From the NCBI GenBank assembly GCA_963727625.1, contig CAVSHR010000004.1:224001-288000 (forward strand): a stretch of 64,000 nt of DNA, given 5' to 3'. Under the pieces are notes generated by a model, which did no database searches, was not told the DNA's origin, and was given only the letters and a program-made list of their open reading frames with translations. Position numbers and translations under genes: made by a program. This DNA is from an uncultured delta proteobacterium (GTDB lineage: Bacteria > Desulfobacterota > Binatia > UBA9968). Below are positions 1 through 13,554 of this stretch, piece by piece (the stretch's first letter is position 1; every line of letters starts with the position of its first letter).

Positions 1-2
1 AT

Positions 3-272
3 AAAGTGAGCTTTGCCCGGCTGCTCGAAGCGATTGCACAAGCCCACGATGTGAAAAGCGAGGTATTGCTGCACGTCGGGCGGCAGCGTCGATGGGTGGC
101 CATGAGAGCGCAGCTGGTGTACCTGGCACGGCAACGGTGTGGACTGACGACGAAGGAACTAGGGCGGCGGCTGCATCGCGATGCGTCCATGATCAGCCGT
201 CTCTATGCACGGTACGAGACGCATCGGGACGAGCCGACCGAGAAGAGACTCGCACGAATGTTGGCTAAATAG
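3..272 (+). mobile_element. 3' part of a probable IS200/RAYT-like (Y1) transposase with C-terminal DnaA_C-like HTH; runs in from the window edge
   Basis: Frame is open at the window start. LVYLARQRCGLTTKELGRRLHRDASMISR resembles the HTH tail of REP-associated tyrosine transposases. The stop is followed directly by TCAATACTCAGGCCTGACACC. The catalytic domain is outside the window. Confidence 0.55.
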
Positions 273-752
273 TCAATACTCAGGCCTGACACCAGATCCC
301 TCGCTGAGCGACTCTGATGCCCTCTTCACGGCATCGCCCGGATCATCGAAGCGCAGCGCGGTTTCATAAAGCTTATTGCCGCACTTCTCACAGGGCCAGA
401 TGAAGCGGTCCATTTCCGCCCTGCTGCGCTTGCGTTCAACGACGAAGGTCCAGGAACCGTCGGCGCGGCGGGGCGAATGCGGGACATGGCCCGGCATGAG
501 GAATAAATCTCCCGCCTTAAGGACCGCAAGATCCGGTTTGCCGCCGATAAAATAATGCAAGTTGAGCTCGCCTTCGAGCTGATAAAAAATTTCGTCGCCG
601 GGGTTGAGGTGAAAATCTTTGCGCCGGTTGGGCCCGCGGGTAACGAAGGCGATGAAATCGGAATCCTGCCAGATCACCCGGCGCTGCCCCCAGCTGCCGC
701 GATTTTCATCGATCCAATTTTGCAAGTTAAAGCCTTTTAAATGTGGAAACAT
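273..752 (-). CDS. nbaC: 3-hydroxyanthranilate 3,4-dioxygenase-like cupin, C-terminally truncated
   Basis: GPNRRKDFHLNPGDEIFYQLEG, VPHSPRR and CEKCG motifs present; the second CxxC of the rubredoxin-like site is absent. Confidence 0.8.
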   Translation of the reverse strand: MFPHLKGFNLQNWIDENRGSWGQRRVIWQDSDFIAFVTRGPNRRKDFHLNPGDEIFYQLEGELNLHYFIGGKPDLAVLKAGDLFLMPGHVPHSPRRADGSWTFVVERKRSRAEMDRFIWPCEKCGNKLYETALRFDDPGDAVKRASESLSEGSGVRPEY

Positions 753-818
753 AAGGCCTCCCTATCGTCGCCTCACTATAGAATTGCGCCGAGACGGGAA
801 TCAAGCTAAATCAGGCGA

Positions 819-1316
819 GTGTTCACGGGCAAAAATCAACGTCTAAGCTTGAAGTCAGGGCATGTCGGTCTGATCTCCGATACCCATGGACTGGTGCGGC
901 CGGAGGCCTGCGCCGCGCTGCAGGGCTCCGAGGTAATTCTTCACGCAGGCGATATCGGCAAACCGGAAGTTTTGATGTCGCTCAAATCAATCGCGCCGGT
1001 GATCGCGATTCGTGGCAATAATGATCGGGACCCTTGGGCAAAAATCTTCCCCGACGTTTTGAATCTGCGGATCAATGGCGTCAAGATTCACGTTATCCAC
1101 GACCTCCATGATATGGAGACCGATCCACTCGCCGGCGGCTTTAAATTGGTCGTAAGCGGCCACTCGCACAAGCCGAACGTGATCAAAAGAGCGGGAGTTC
1201 TCTTCATCAACCCCGGCAGCGCCGGCCCGCGCCGGTTCAAATTGCCGGTGACGGTAGCCCGGTTAAAGATTGACAGCAAAAATCTTAAGGCAAGAATCGT
1301 CGAATTAAAGATTTAG
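819..1316 (+). CDS. YfcE-family metallophosphoesterase
   Basis: SDTH, HAGD, GNND, SGHSH and INPGS motifs. Confidence 0.9.
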   Translation: MFTGKNQRLSLKSGHVGLISDTHGLVRPEACAALQGSEVILHAGDIGKPEVLMSLKSIAPVIAIRGNNDRDPWAKIFPDVLNLRINGVKIHVIHDLHDMETDPLAGGFKLVVSGHSHKPNVIKRAGVLFINPGSAGPRRFKLPVTVARLKIDSKNLKARIVELKI

Positions 1317-1366
1317 GCGAACTTTATTGACTTTGATTGCGTCCCACGATAATTAATCAAGAGAAA

Positions 1367-1399
1367 CCTTTTAACCCGATCCTGTGAGATTGGAAAAGG
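1367..1399 (+). promoter_or_regulatory. PyrR-binding RNA stem-loop (pyr attenuator)
   Basis: CCTTTT-AAC-CCGATC-CTGTGA-GATTGG-AAAAGG fits the PyrR site pattern (CUUUAA...UCCNGNGAG), directly upstream of pyrR. Confidence 0.8.
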
Positions 1400-1437
1400 C
1401 TCCATGAAAAATCTAATTCGACAAATAATTTGTGCTC

Positions 1438-1473
1438 AAAGACCCTCTCGGTAGGCCGGGAGGGTCTTTTTTT
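1438..1473 (+). terminator. Intrinsic terminator of the pyr leader
   Basis: AAAGACCCTCTCGG-TAGG-CCGGGAGGGTCTTT hairpin followed by a T run. Confidence 0.8.
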
Positions 1474-1477
1474 ATCC

Positions 1478-2035
1478 ATGGTGGACGAAAAACAAATCGT
1501 ATTGGAGCAATCTGAACTGGGCCGGGCGATCGGCCGGATGGCGCATGAGATCATTGAAAAGTGTGTTGATCCGGACCAACTGGCGTTGATCGGCATTCGC
1601 TCGCGGGGCGTTCATCTGGCACGACGGCTGGCGCGGCGCATCGGCGAGCTGGGTAAACCGATGCCGCCGGTAGGCGTCATCGACGTGACACCGTTTCGCG
1701 ACGATCGGGCGCAGGGCGAAACCGCCGCTCCAGCTACCGGCGTCGAGATCTCGACGCCGGTGGATGAAAAGACCGTGGTCTTGATCGACGACGTGATCTA
1801 TCGAGGCCGTACCGTTCGCGCCGCAATGGAGGCAATCGAACGATTGGGCCAGCCCAAGCGGATTTGCGTCGCCGTGTTGATCGACCGCGGCGCCCGGGAG
1901 CTGCCGATCCGCGCTGATATCGTCGGCAAGAATCTCGACGCCGGCGACGGCTATCGGGTGAACGTGCGTTTACAAGAAGTGGACGGCATCGATCAAGTAA
2001 CGTTGTCGAATTGGCAAGGGCAAAGCGGAAGTTAA
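1478..2035 (+). CDS. pyrR: Pyr operon attenuation regulator / uracil PRTase
   Basis: RAIGRMAHEIIE, LIDDVIYRGRTVRAA and LIDRGARELPIRADIVGKN. ATG at 1478 follows GGGAGG. Confidence 0.9.
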   Translation: MVDEKQIVLEQSELGRAIGRMAHEIIEKCVDPDQLALIGIRSRGVHLARRLARRIGELGKPMPPVGVIDVTPFRDDRAQGETAAPATGVEISTPVDEKTVVLIDDVIYRGRTVRAAMEAIERLGQPKRICVAVLIDRGARELPIRADIVGKNLDAGDGYRVNVRLQEVDGIDQVTLSNWQGQSGS

Positions 2036-2052
2036 ATCGAGAATCTAAAGCG

Positions 2053-4002
2053 ATGCGCAGTCTTATTTCCATCGCCGATTTGACCAACGACGAAATTGAA
2101 GAAATTTTTTCGTTGGCGGACAACGCCGATCAATTGCGCGCGGCCAAGGCCGCCAGCGGGCAGATCATGGCGACACTTTTTTACGAGCCGAGCACGCGGA
2201 CCCGCTTATCTTTCGAGTCGGCGATGCAACGCTTGGGCGGTTCCGTGATCAGCTGTTCGGATATGAAAGCTTCGTCCACCGCCAAGGGTGAAACGGTTGC
2301 GGATACCGCGAAGGTGGTTTCAAGTTACGCCGATGTTTTGGTGGTGCGCCACAACTGGGACGGCGCGGTCCAGGCGATGGCTGAACATGCCGACGTGCCG
2401 GTGATCAACGCCGGGGATGGCGGCCATGAGCATCCGACACAGACTTTGTGCGATCTGTATACCTTGCGCAAGGAAAAAGGCGCGCTTAAAGGACTCACCG
2501 TGGTGGTATGCGGTGATCTCAAAAACGGCCGGACGATCCATTCGCTGGTGTTTGCCCTAGCGCGCTTCGGCGCCAACGTGGTTGCGTTAGCGGCTAACGG
2601 TATGGCGTTGCCGCAGTATGTCATCGAACGATTGGAGCGGGAGTATGACTACTCTCTGGCGCCGATGGCATCGGACGATCTGAGTGCCGTGGTGACGGAG
2701 ACCGACGCGCTTTATCTGACGCCCAAACAGCCGCACCAGCTCGCGCTTTTTACTCAGGTGGATCAGGTGATTCAGTCGCGCTTAAATAGCATAGCTAGCG
2801 GCTTGCGCTACGACGCCTTTTACATGACTCGCAAGCAAAAGGAGCGCATGAAGGAGGGCACCACCGACAGCAGTTACCCGACCATCGGCGCGAAATTTCT
2901 GCGCGAGCAGCGTTTTCAAGACACCGTGGTGATGCATCCGCTGCCGCGAGTCGACGAGCTTTCGCCGGAAGTTGATAAAGACCGGCGCGGCATCTATTTC
3001 AAGCAGGCCGCCTACGGCGTGCCGGTGCGCATGGCCTTGCTCAAGTTTCTCTTCGATCGGCGTGAGGAGAGACCGAGCGTTAAAAATAGCCGTGCCACCT
3101 CGTACGAAAGCCCGGATCCGATCGGCCCGTTATGCCGCAATCCGAATTGTGTGACGCTCAAGGAGCCGGCGTCGAGCGCCGAGCGCTTCGAGATCCTCAC
3201 GCTCGGCCAAGCCGATGCGTTGATTTTGGCCTGCGCTTATTGCGATCATCGCTTTAAAATCCAGATTGCCGGCAACGCCAAGTTAAAGCGCTACGGGGCT
3301 TTCGATGCCGCTCTGGCGCCGGCCCTCGGTGAATGGCTCAAAGACGGCGAGTTGGCGCTGTTCGACTCGATCAAGAAAGCCGAAGAGTTGGGTTACGAGC
3401 CTTTCAAAAGCGGGCCGCAACGGGTACTGATGGGCGGCGGCGAGATTCAAAGCGCTTTGGCGGAAATGAGCGGGCAGATCTTGCGCGATTGCCGCGACCC
3501 GGATCGTTTGCTGATTCTCGGCGTGCGCAGCGTCGGCTCCTATTTAGCGCAGCGCCTCGCCGCGGAAATTGAGAAGCGGGACCAGCGCAAGCCGGAATTG
3601 GCCGAAATCGAGATCTACGGCTCGGGAGATGGAATCCGTAGACTATCGCCGAGCGATCCGGAAGCGCCGGCGCTGAATTTGAAAGACCGCGAGATCATTC
3701 TCGTCGACGACGTTATCTATACCGGTCGAACGGTCAAGAGCGCGCTGAACATTATTTTTCGCCTCGGACGGCCCCATTCGGTGCGGCTCGCGGTGTTGAT
3801 TGACCGCGGCCACCGCGAAGTGCCGGTGAAGCCCAATTATGTCGGTAAACATATTCCCAGCGCCGAGCAGGATCGCGTGCGCGTCAAGTTGCGTGAGATC
3901 GATCCTGAAAAGAGCGATCAAGCGGTCATCTATTCGATCATCAAGCCGGGCGAAGAATCGCACCGGCTGGCGCGCAAACCGGATCTGAGTGCGACCAAGT
4001 AG
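2053..4002 (+). CDS. pyrB: Aspartate carbamoyltransferase catalytic chain fused to a PyrI-like Zn domain and a C-terminal PyrR-like PRTase domain
   Basis: [21 protein letters not shown] and HPLPR motifs; then CRNPNC...CAYC; then [11 protein letters not shown] and [10 protein letters not shown], all in one frame. Confidence 0.9.
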   Translation: MRSLISIADLTNDEIEEIFSLADNADQLRAAKAASGQIMATLFYEPSTRTRLSFESAMQRLGGSVISCSDMKASSTAKGETVADTAKVVSSYADVLVVRHNWDGAVQAMAEHADVPVINAGDGGHEHPTQTLCDLYTLRKEKGALKGLTVVVCGDLKNGRTIHSLVFALARFGANVVALAANGMALPQYVIERLEREYDYSLAPMASDDLSAVVTETDALYLTPKQPHQLALFTQVDQVIQSRLNSIASGLRYDAFYMTRKQKERMKEGTTDSSYPTIGAKFLREQRFQDTVVMHPLPRVDELSPEVDKDRRGIYFKQAAYGVPVRMALLKFLFDRREERPSVKNSRATSYESPDPIGPLCRNPNCVTLKEPASSAERFEILTLGQADALILACAYCDHRFKIQIAGNAKLKRYGAFDAALAPALGEWLKDGELALFDSIKKAEELGYEPFKSGPQRVLMGGGEIQSALAEMSGQILRDCRDPDRLLILGVRSVGSYLAQRLAAEIEKRDQRKPELAEIEIYGSGDGIRRLSPSDPEAPALNLKDREIILVDDVIYTGRTVKSALNIIFRLGRPHSVRLAVLIDRGHREVPVKPNYVGKHIPSAEQDRVRVKLREIDPEKSDQAVIYSIIKPGEESHRLARKPDLSATK

Positions 4003-4006
4003 AGCT

Positions 4007-5173
4007 ATGAAAGCGATTTTAGCACTGGCCGATGGGCGAATCTTTGACGGCTTGTCATTCGGCGCCGTCGGCGAGACGGTCGGCGAGGTTGTTTTCAACA
4101 CCAGCATGACCGGTTACCAAGAGATTCTCACCGATCCATCCTACGAAGGCCAACTGGTGGCCATGACCTATCCACAGATCGGCAACGTCGGCGTCAATCC
4201 CGAGGACGTCGAGTCGCGCGGGCCGTTCATGAAAGGTTTTATCGTTAAGGAATACACGTCGCAGCCAAGCAACTGGCGCGCTACACAACCGCTCCATTCA
4301 TACATGGAAGTCAATGGCGTCGTCGGCATCCAAGGCGTCGACACGCGCTCTTTGGTGCGCCACCTACGCGATCATGGCGCCCAAGAAGCGGCGATTTCGA
4401 CGGTGACGGAAAATCCCGAAAAGCTTGTCGCCAAAGCCAAAGCTTCGCCGGGACTTATCGGCAAAGATCTCGTGCGTAATGTGACCTGCGCCGAAGCCTA
4501 TGATTGGAATCAAGGCGGATGGCAGCTGGAAGGCGGCTACAAAGAACGGGACGGAGCAAAACCGGCAGGAAAGCGCAGAGGCAAGGGCAGCTTTATCTCG
4601 CCGGCGTATTTCGTCGTCGCCTATGACTACGGCATAAAGTACAACATCCTGCGCAAACTCGCCGAGGCCGGCTGCCGTGTCAAAGTGGTGCCCGCTGCCA
4701 CTCCGGCCGAGGATGTTTTGGCAATGAAGCCGGATGGAATCTTTCTTTCCAACGGCCCCGGCGATCCTGATGCCGTGCCGTACGCCAAGGAAAACGTCGA
4801 AAAGCTGATCGGCAAAAAGCCAATCTTCGGCATCTGCCTGGGTCATCAGATTATGGGGCTCGCGCTCGGCGGCAAGACATACAAGCTCAAGTTCGGCCAC
4901 CACGGTGCCAATCAACCGGTGATGGATTTAACCACGCGCAAAGTCGAGGTCACCTCGCAGAATCACGGTTTCGCGGTAGATGCCGATTCACTCAAAGGCG
5001 CCGTGGAAATCACGCACTTGAATTTGAACGACAACACCGTCGAGGGGCTGGAGCATCGCGAGCTGCCGATCTTTTCGGTGCAGTATCATCCGGAATCATC
5101 GCCCGGGCCGCATGACGCCGATTACCTGTTCAAGCGATTTACCGACCTAATGGCAAAACAAAAGAGCACGTAA
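4007..5173 (+). CDS. carA: Carbamoyl-phosphate synthase small subunit
   Basis: [34 protein letters not shown] and QYHPE motifs. Confidence 0.97.
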   Translation: MKAILALADGRIFDGLSFGAVGETVGEVVFNTSMTGYQEILTDPSYEGQLVAMTYPQIGNVGVNPEDVESRGPFMKGFIVKEYTSQPSNWRATQPLHSYMEVNGVVGIQGVDTRSLVRHLRDHGAQEAAISTVTENPEKLVAKAKASPGLIGKDLVRNVTCAEAYDWNQGGWQLEGGYKERDGAKPAGKRRGKGSFISPAYFVVAYDYGIKYNILRKLAEAGCRVKVVPAATPAEDVLAMKPDGIFLSNGPGDPDAVPYAKENVEKLIGKKPIFGICLGHQIMGLALGGKTYKLKFGHHGANQPVMDLTTRKVEVTSQNHGFAVDADSLKGAVEITHLNLNDNTVEGLEHRELPIFSVQYHPESSPGPHDADYLFKRFTDLMAKQKST

Positions 5174-5179
5174 GGATCC

Positions 5180-8419
<3,240 letters not shown>

Positions 8420-8566
8420 AGCGCCCGAATGCTGGCGCAGAGAATGAAAAAAAATGAGCGGGCTCTGGCGCGTCTTGACGAACGCAGCGTCGTAATCCCA
8501 GAGAGCAGTTGCGTCCCATGCGCCCGGGAGTTCAGCAAATAAAATCTCCACGTCAACGGCCTTGTC

Positions 8567-10771
8567 TTGAAACCCGCCGGATCGTCGCCAAGAGTTAATC
8601 GGCCCAGCGAAATCCCATCAGCCGGCACAAGCCGGCGGCGGCGCGTCCTGGATGCGCCGATTCAATTTCTCAAGGGTGTCGGCCCCAAGCGGGCCGCGCA
8701 GCTGGAAACGTTTGGCCTCAAAACCATCGAGGATCTGCTCTATCATCTGCCGTTTCGCTATGAGGATCGCCGCCAGATCAAAAAGCTCGCGGTCGCATTG
8801 CCGGGTGAAGAAGCGAGCTTTATCGGCCGCCTGATCGCGCTGCAGAACCGGTATATTCCGCGCCGGCACAGCCAGATGTTGCTCGGCGCCCTGCAGGACG
8901 ACAGTGGGAGTATCGACCTGGTCTGGTATCGCGCGCCCAAGTTCCTAGTCGACGGCCTGGTCAAAGGCCAGATCCTGTTGGTGCATGGCAAAGTAGAGAT
9001 CGGGCTCCATGGGCACCCGCGTCTCAGTCATCCGGATTTTGAAGTGATCGATAGCGAAGACGCCGCCCCATTGCAGCGTATCCTGCCGGTTTATATCCAT
9101 CCGGCCGGCCTTTCCTTGACCTGGCTGCGCGGCTTGATGGGGCAGGCGTTGCAAGAATATCGCGACGACGTGGCGGATTGTCTGCCTGCCGAGGTCAAAC
9201 GGCGCCAGGGCTTGATGCCCATGCGCCAAGCTCTGGCGCAGCTGCACGAGCCGGATTCGGATATTGAAATCGAGTCGTTGAACGATTTCTCCTCGGCGGC
9301 CCATCGCACGATAATCTTCGACGAGCTTTTTTATCTCCAGCTCGGCCTGGGATTGAGAAAACGGGCGCGCTCCAACAGCGCGGCGGTTCGCTTGTCTCCT
9401 CGCGGCGCCAAGCTGGCAGAGCGCATGATCGCATTGTTGCCGTTCAAGTTGACCGGCGCCCAGGAGCGTGTGCTCAGCGAAATTTGCGCCGACATGGCCG
9501 GCGACCGGCCCATGCAGCGCCTGGTCCAAGGCGATGTCGGCTCGGGGAAAACCATGGTGGCCTGGTTCGCGTCGCTCGCCGCCATCGAGCACGGCTGCCA
9601 AGCCCTGTGGATGGCGCCCACCGAGCTCCTCGCCGAGCAGCACTACCGCAACTTAAAACCGTTCGCCGACGAATTAAAAATTCCCTCGGCGCTGCTGACG
9701 GCCGCGACTCCGGCCAAAGAAAAAAGATCTTTACTGCAGGCCATCGAGCAAGGCGACGTCGCCTTTGTCGTCGGTACCCACGCCCTGATCCAGCAGGAAG
9801 TGCGCGCGCCGCGCATGGGCTTGGGTGTCATCGACGAGCAGCATCGCTTCGGAGTCCTGCAGCGCCTGTCGTTGCAGCGCTTGGTAAGCGGTACGAATGC
9901 GCCGTCGCCGTTGAGCGGACAGCCGCATATGCTGCTGATGAGCGCGACGCCGATTCCGCGCAGCCTCGCCATGGTGCTCTACGGCGACATGGAAGTCTCT
10001 TTCATCGATGAAATGCCGCCGGGCCGGACGCCGGTGCAGACCCTGGTATTCAACGAACGCGAGCGGCGCCAGGCGTACGGCCTTGTGCTCGAACAGCTAA
10101 AGCATCGCCATCAGGCCTTCGTGGTCTTGCCGCTGGTGGAAGCCTCCGAACAACTGCAGCAGGTGCGCGACGCCACGCAGATGGCTGAGAAGATGGGCCA
10201 GACGCTGTTTAAAGACTTCGGCATAGGACTGGTGCACGGTCGACTAAAGGCCGAGGAGCGCGACGAAATCATGCGTGCTTTTCGCGACGGCAAGCTGGGA
10301 ATTCTGGTTGCCACCACGGTCATCGAAGTTGGCATCGATATTCCCAACGCCACCGTCATGGTGGTCGAGCATGCCGAGCGCTTCGGTTTGGCGCAATTGC
10401 ACCAACTGCGCGGCCGGGTCGGACGCGGCAAGGCGCCCGGTTATTGCTTGTTGATCAACCGCGGCGCGGCAAACCCGTTGGCTAGCGCGCGCCTGCACGC
10501 CATGGAAAAGGAGCATGACGGGTTCAAGATCGCCGAGGCGGATCTCAGGCTGCGAGGCGCGGGAGAATTACTCGGCACGCGCCAGTCCGGGCTGGCGGAT
10601 TTTCACCTGGCGAGTCTGGCGCGCGACGGCCATTTGCTCACCGAAGCGCGCAAAGAAGCTCTAGCCTGGCTCGAAGGGGACCCGCGCTTGGCGCGGCCGG
10701 AGTCAGCGGGGATGAAAGAACTGTTGCGCCATCGATGGGGCGCGTGCTTACAGCTGGGTGCGGTGGTTTAG
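8567..10771 (+). CDS. recG: ATP-dependent DNA helicase RecG (start uncertain)
   Basis: LKGVGPKRA, QGDVGSGKT, DEQHRFG, SATPIPRSL and QLRGRVGRG motifs. Confidence 0.95.
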   Translation: MKPAGSSPRVNRPSEIPSAGTSRRRRVLDAPIQFLKGVGPKRAAQLETFGLKTIEDLLYHLPFRYEDRRQIKKLAVALPGEEASFIGRLIALQNRYIPRRHSQMLLGALQDDSGSIDLVWYRAPKFLVDGLVKGQILLVHGKVEIGLHGHPRLSHPDFEVIDSEDAAPLQRILPVYIHPAGLSLTWLRGLMGQALQEYRDDVADCLPAEVKRRQGLMPMRQALAQLHEPDSDIEIESLNDFSSAAHRTIIFDELFYLQLGLGLRKRARSNSAAVRLSPRGAKLAERMIALLPFKLTGAQERVLSEICADMAGDRPMQRLVQGDVGSGKTMVAWFASLAAIEHGCQALWMAPTELLAEQHYRNLKPFADELKIPSALLTAATPAKEKRSLLQAIEQGDVAFVVGTHALIQQEVRAPRMGLGVIDEQHRFGVLQRLSLQRLVSGTNAPSPLSGQPHMLLMSATPIPRSLAMVLYGDMEVSFIDEMPPGRTPVQTLVFNERERRQAYGLVLEQLKHRHQAFVVLPLVEASEQLQQVRDATQMAEKMGQTLFKDFGIGLVHGRLKAEERDEIMRAFRDGKLGILVATTVIEVGIDIPNATVMVVEHAERFGLAQLHQLRGRVGRGKAPGYCLLINRGAANPLASARLHAMEKEHDGFKIAEADLRLRGAGELLGTRQSGLADFHLASLARDGHLLTEARKEALAWLEGDPRLARPESAGMKELLRHRWGACLQLGAVV

Positions 10772-10868
10772 CCAGGCCAGCCGAGAAGTGTTTAGTTGCA
10801 CCGATTCTGACGATAGCTTATAAAAAGAGGTTGTAATATTGCTTCGAGAAAGGATCGGGTAGCGACGC

Positions 10869-12047
10869 GTGGAATTTCAGCGCATCAAGCGGCTGCCGCC
10901 CTACGTCTTCAGCATCATCGACGGCATGAAGATGGAGGCCAGGCATCGGGGTGAGGACATCGTCGATTTCGGTATGGGCAATCCCGATCTACCCACGCCG
11001 CCGCATGTGGTCGCCAAGCTGGTCGAGGCGGCAAGCAAACCGCAGAACCACCGCTATTCGGTCTCGCGCGGTATCTACAAGCTGCGTCTAGCGATCGTCG
11101 GTTGGTACAAACGGCGTTACAACGTGGATCTCGATCCCGACAGCGAGGCTATCGTTACGATCGGCGCCAAAGAGGGCATCTCCCACTTGGCCTGGGCGAC
11201 CATCGATCCCGGCGACGTGGTGCTCTGCCCCAGCCCGACCTATCCAATTCACCAATATGCCGTGGTGCTGGCGGGCGGCGATTTGCGCTGCATCCCGCTG
11301 ACTACCAGCGAAGCCTTCTTCGGCCATCTCGAAGAAGCGATCCGCCAGACTTGGCCTAAGCCGAAGATGCTGATCATCAGCTTTCCCCATAACCCGACCA
11401 CAGAAGTGGTCGACCTCGGATTTTTCGAACGAGTCGTCAAGACTGCCCAGGAACATGGGTTTCTTGTGATTCACGACCTCGCCTACGCCGATCTGACCTT
11501 CGACGGTTATCAGGCACCGAGCTTTCTGCAGGTGCCGGGCGCCAAGGATGTCGGCGTGGAATTTTTCTCGCTCTCGAAGAGTTACAACATGCCCGGCTGG
11601 CGCGTCGGTTTTTGCGTCGGCAACAAGGAAGTAATCCATGCCCTGGCGCGCATCAAGAGCTATCTCGATTACGGGATTTTTCAGCCGATTCAGATTGCCG
11701 CCATACAGGCTCTGAATGGACCGCAGGATTGCGTCGAGGAAATCCGCCTGGTGTACGAAAACCGGCGCGACTCCCTGATCGAAGGTCTCGAACGCGCGGG
11801 TTGGCATGTTCCCAAGCCTAAGGGGACGATGTTCGTCTGGGCCGAGATTCCCGAGCCGGCGAAGAAAATGGGCTCGGTGGAGTTTGCCAAATATTTGCTG
11901 CAAGAGGCTCAGGTTGCGGTATCGCCGGGAATCGGCTTCGGCCAATACGGCGACGAGCATGTACGCTTCGCCTTGATTGAAAACGAGCACCGCACCAAGC
12001 AGGCGGTGCGCAAAATCAAAAAGGCGCTGGGAAAACTGCTCGATTAG
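10869..12047 (+). CDS. alaC: Class I/II PLP aminotransferase (AlaC-like)
   Basis: [18 protein letters not shown] and [14 protein letters not shown]; upstream of hom as in alaC-hom clusters. Confidence 0.8.
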   Translation: MEFQRIKRLPPYVFSIIDGMKMEARHRGEDIVDFGMGNPDLPTPPHVVAKLVEAASKPQNHRYSVSRGIYKLRLAIVGWYKRRYNVDLDPDSEAIVTIGAKEGISHLAWATIDPGDVVLCPSPTYPIHQYAVVLAGGDLRCIPLTTSEAFFGHLEEAIRQTWPKPKMLIISFPHNPTTEVVDLGFFERVVKTAQEHGFLVIHDLAYADLTFDGYQAPSFLQVPGAKDVGVEFFSLSKSYNMPGWRVGFCVGNKEVIHALARIKSYLDYGIFQPIQIAAIQALNGPQDCVEEIRLVYENRRDSLIEGLERAGWHVPKPKGTMFVWAEIPEPAKKMGSVEFAKYLLQEAQVAVSPGIGFGQYGDEHVRFALIENEHRTKQAVRKIKKALGKLLD

Positions 12048-12088
12048 CCGGTAGCTAAATTTCTCTCGAATAATATCAAAGGTCCGAT

Positions 12089-13483
12089 ATGGCATCAGCG
12101 AACCCACCGCATAAAGTCGGCGTCGGCCTGCTCGGCTCCGGCGTGGTCGGCGAGGCGATCCAAGACATTCTCTTTCGTCGCTTAAAAGACGAATCGAACG
12201 GCGAGATCCAGCTCGAGCTCCGTAAAATTTATACCCGCAATCCCATAGGCAAGAAGTGGTTCGGCAAACGGCGCAAGCTCTTTACCCGCCGCGCCGAAGA
12301 TGTGATCGATCACCCGGAGGTCGATATCGTCATCGAGGCGCTGGGCTTTCAATCCGCGACCCATCTACCGCAGTTTCGCGATTACATTTTGCGCGCCTTT
12401 CGCAACGGCAAGTCCGTCGTTACATCGGACAAGGCGGTGCTGGCGCGCTACGGGAAAGAAATATGGGCCGCGGCAAAAAAGACCGGCCAGCAGCTGCGCT
12501 TTGAAGCCTGCGTCGGCGGCGGCATTCCGGTGATTCGCTCTTTGAGCGAGAGCTTTGCCGCCGAAGAGCCCGAGGCGATCTTCGGTATCGTCAACGGCAC
12601 CTGCAACTACATCCTTTCGCAGATGGAAAAAAGCGGCAAGCCCTACGCCGAGGCACTCAAGGAGGCCCAGCAAAAGGGTTACGCCGAGACCAACCCGGCA
12701 TCGGACGTAAACGGCAGCGACGCCGAGGCGAAGTTGTTGCTGCTCAGCATGGTCGGCTTTGGCCTGCAGTTGCAACCTGGGCAAATCTGGCGCAAGGGCA
12801 TCGAAGATATTCAAGCGGTGGATTTTCGCTACGCCGGGCGGATCGGCGGCAGCACCATCAAGCAGCTCGCGGTGGCCCGGCGCCGGGGGTCGGCGGTACA
12901 AGTCTTCGTCTCGCCGGCGCTGGTGCCAAGAGACAATTTTCTCGCCCGTGTCGACGGCGCTACCAACGCCATCTGCTTCGCCGCCAAAGGCAGCAGCGCC
13001 GGCCGCGGCGAGCGCGATTGCGACTATGTTTTGGTCGGTCCCGGGGCGGGCGGCGGTCCGACGGCGGTGGCGGTTCTCGGTGATGTCTGCGAGCTGGCTC
13101 GCGCCAGCCGAAAATTTAGCGGCGCGCCGGCTCTCGTGGCGCCGGGGCGGCTTAAGCTCCAGGCCGAAGACGATATCGAAGTGCCTTTTTATATTCGCTT
13201 TGTGGTGAAAGACCGCGCCGGTATCGTTGGAGACATCGGGCGAAGCTTCGGCCGCATCGGTGTCAATATTTCAGAAATCTGGCAATTGAGGCATGTGGAG
13301 GAAGAGCTTGAGGGCTTTGCACAGAACTATCAGCTCAAGCATAAATCGACGGAGATCTTGCCCTTCGTTATGACCCTGGAGAGCACCTCGCTGCGGCAAA
13401 TGCGCCGGGCGCTGGATTCCATCCGCCGACGTGACTATATCCTGGTGGAGCCCGTTTGGTTTCCGATTTGGGGCGGGAAATGA
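12089..13483 (+). CDS. hom: Homoserine dehydrogenase with C-terminal ACT domain
   Basis: GSGVVG, FEACVGGGIP, NGTCNYIL, GYAETNP and GPGAGGGPTA motifs. Confidence 0.9.
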   Translation: MASANPPHKVGVGLLGSGVVGEAIQDILFRRLKDESNGEIQLELRKIYTRNPIGKKWFGKRRKLFTRRAEDVIDHPEVDIVIEALGFQSATHLPQFRDYILRAFRNGKSVVTSDKAVLARYGKEIWAAAKKTGQQLRFEACVGGGIPVIRSLSESFAAEEPEAIFGIVNGTCNYILSQMEKSGKPYAEALKEAQQKGYAETNPASDVNGSDAEAKLLLLSMVGFGLQLQPGQIWRKGIEDIQAVDFRYAGRIGGSTIKQLAVARRRGSAVQVFVSPALVPRDNFLARVDGATNAICFAAKGSSAGRGERDCDYVLVGPGAGGGPTAVAVLGDVCELARASRKFSGAPALVAPGRLKLQAEDDIEVPFYIRFVVKDRAGIVGDIGRSFGRIGVNISEIWQLRHVEEELEGFAQNYQLKHKSTEILPFVMTLESTSLRQMRRALDSIRRRDYILVEPVWFPIWGGK

Positions 13484-13554
13484 TTGGGACGGTAGCGGAA
13501 CGAGAGCCATTTCGGTCGCTCGGCTGATCGTTTGCGAAAGCAGGAATTAGGAAT

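Noticed and set aside
1327-1355. Sigma70 promoter for the pyr operon (TTGACT...GATAAT)
   Set aside because: Plausible, but the spacing is 15 bp; not supported well enough to list.
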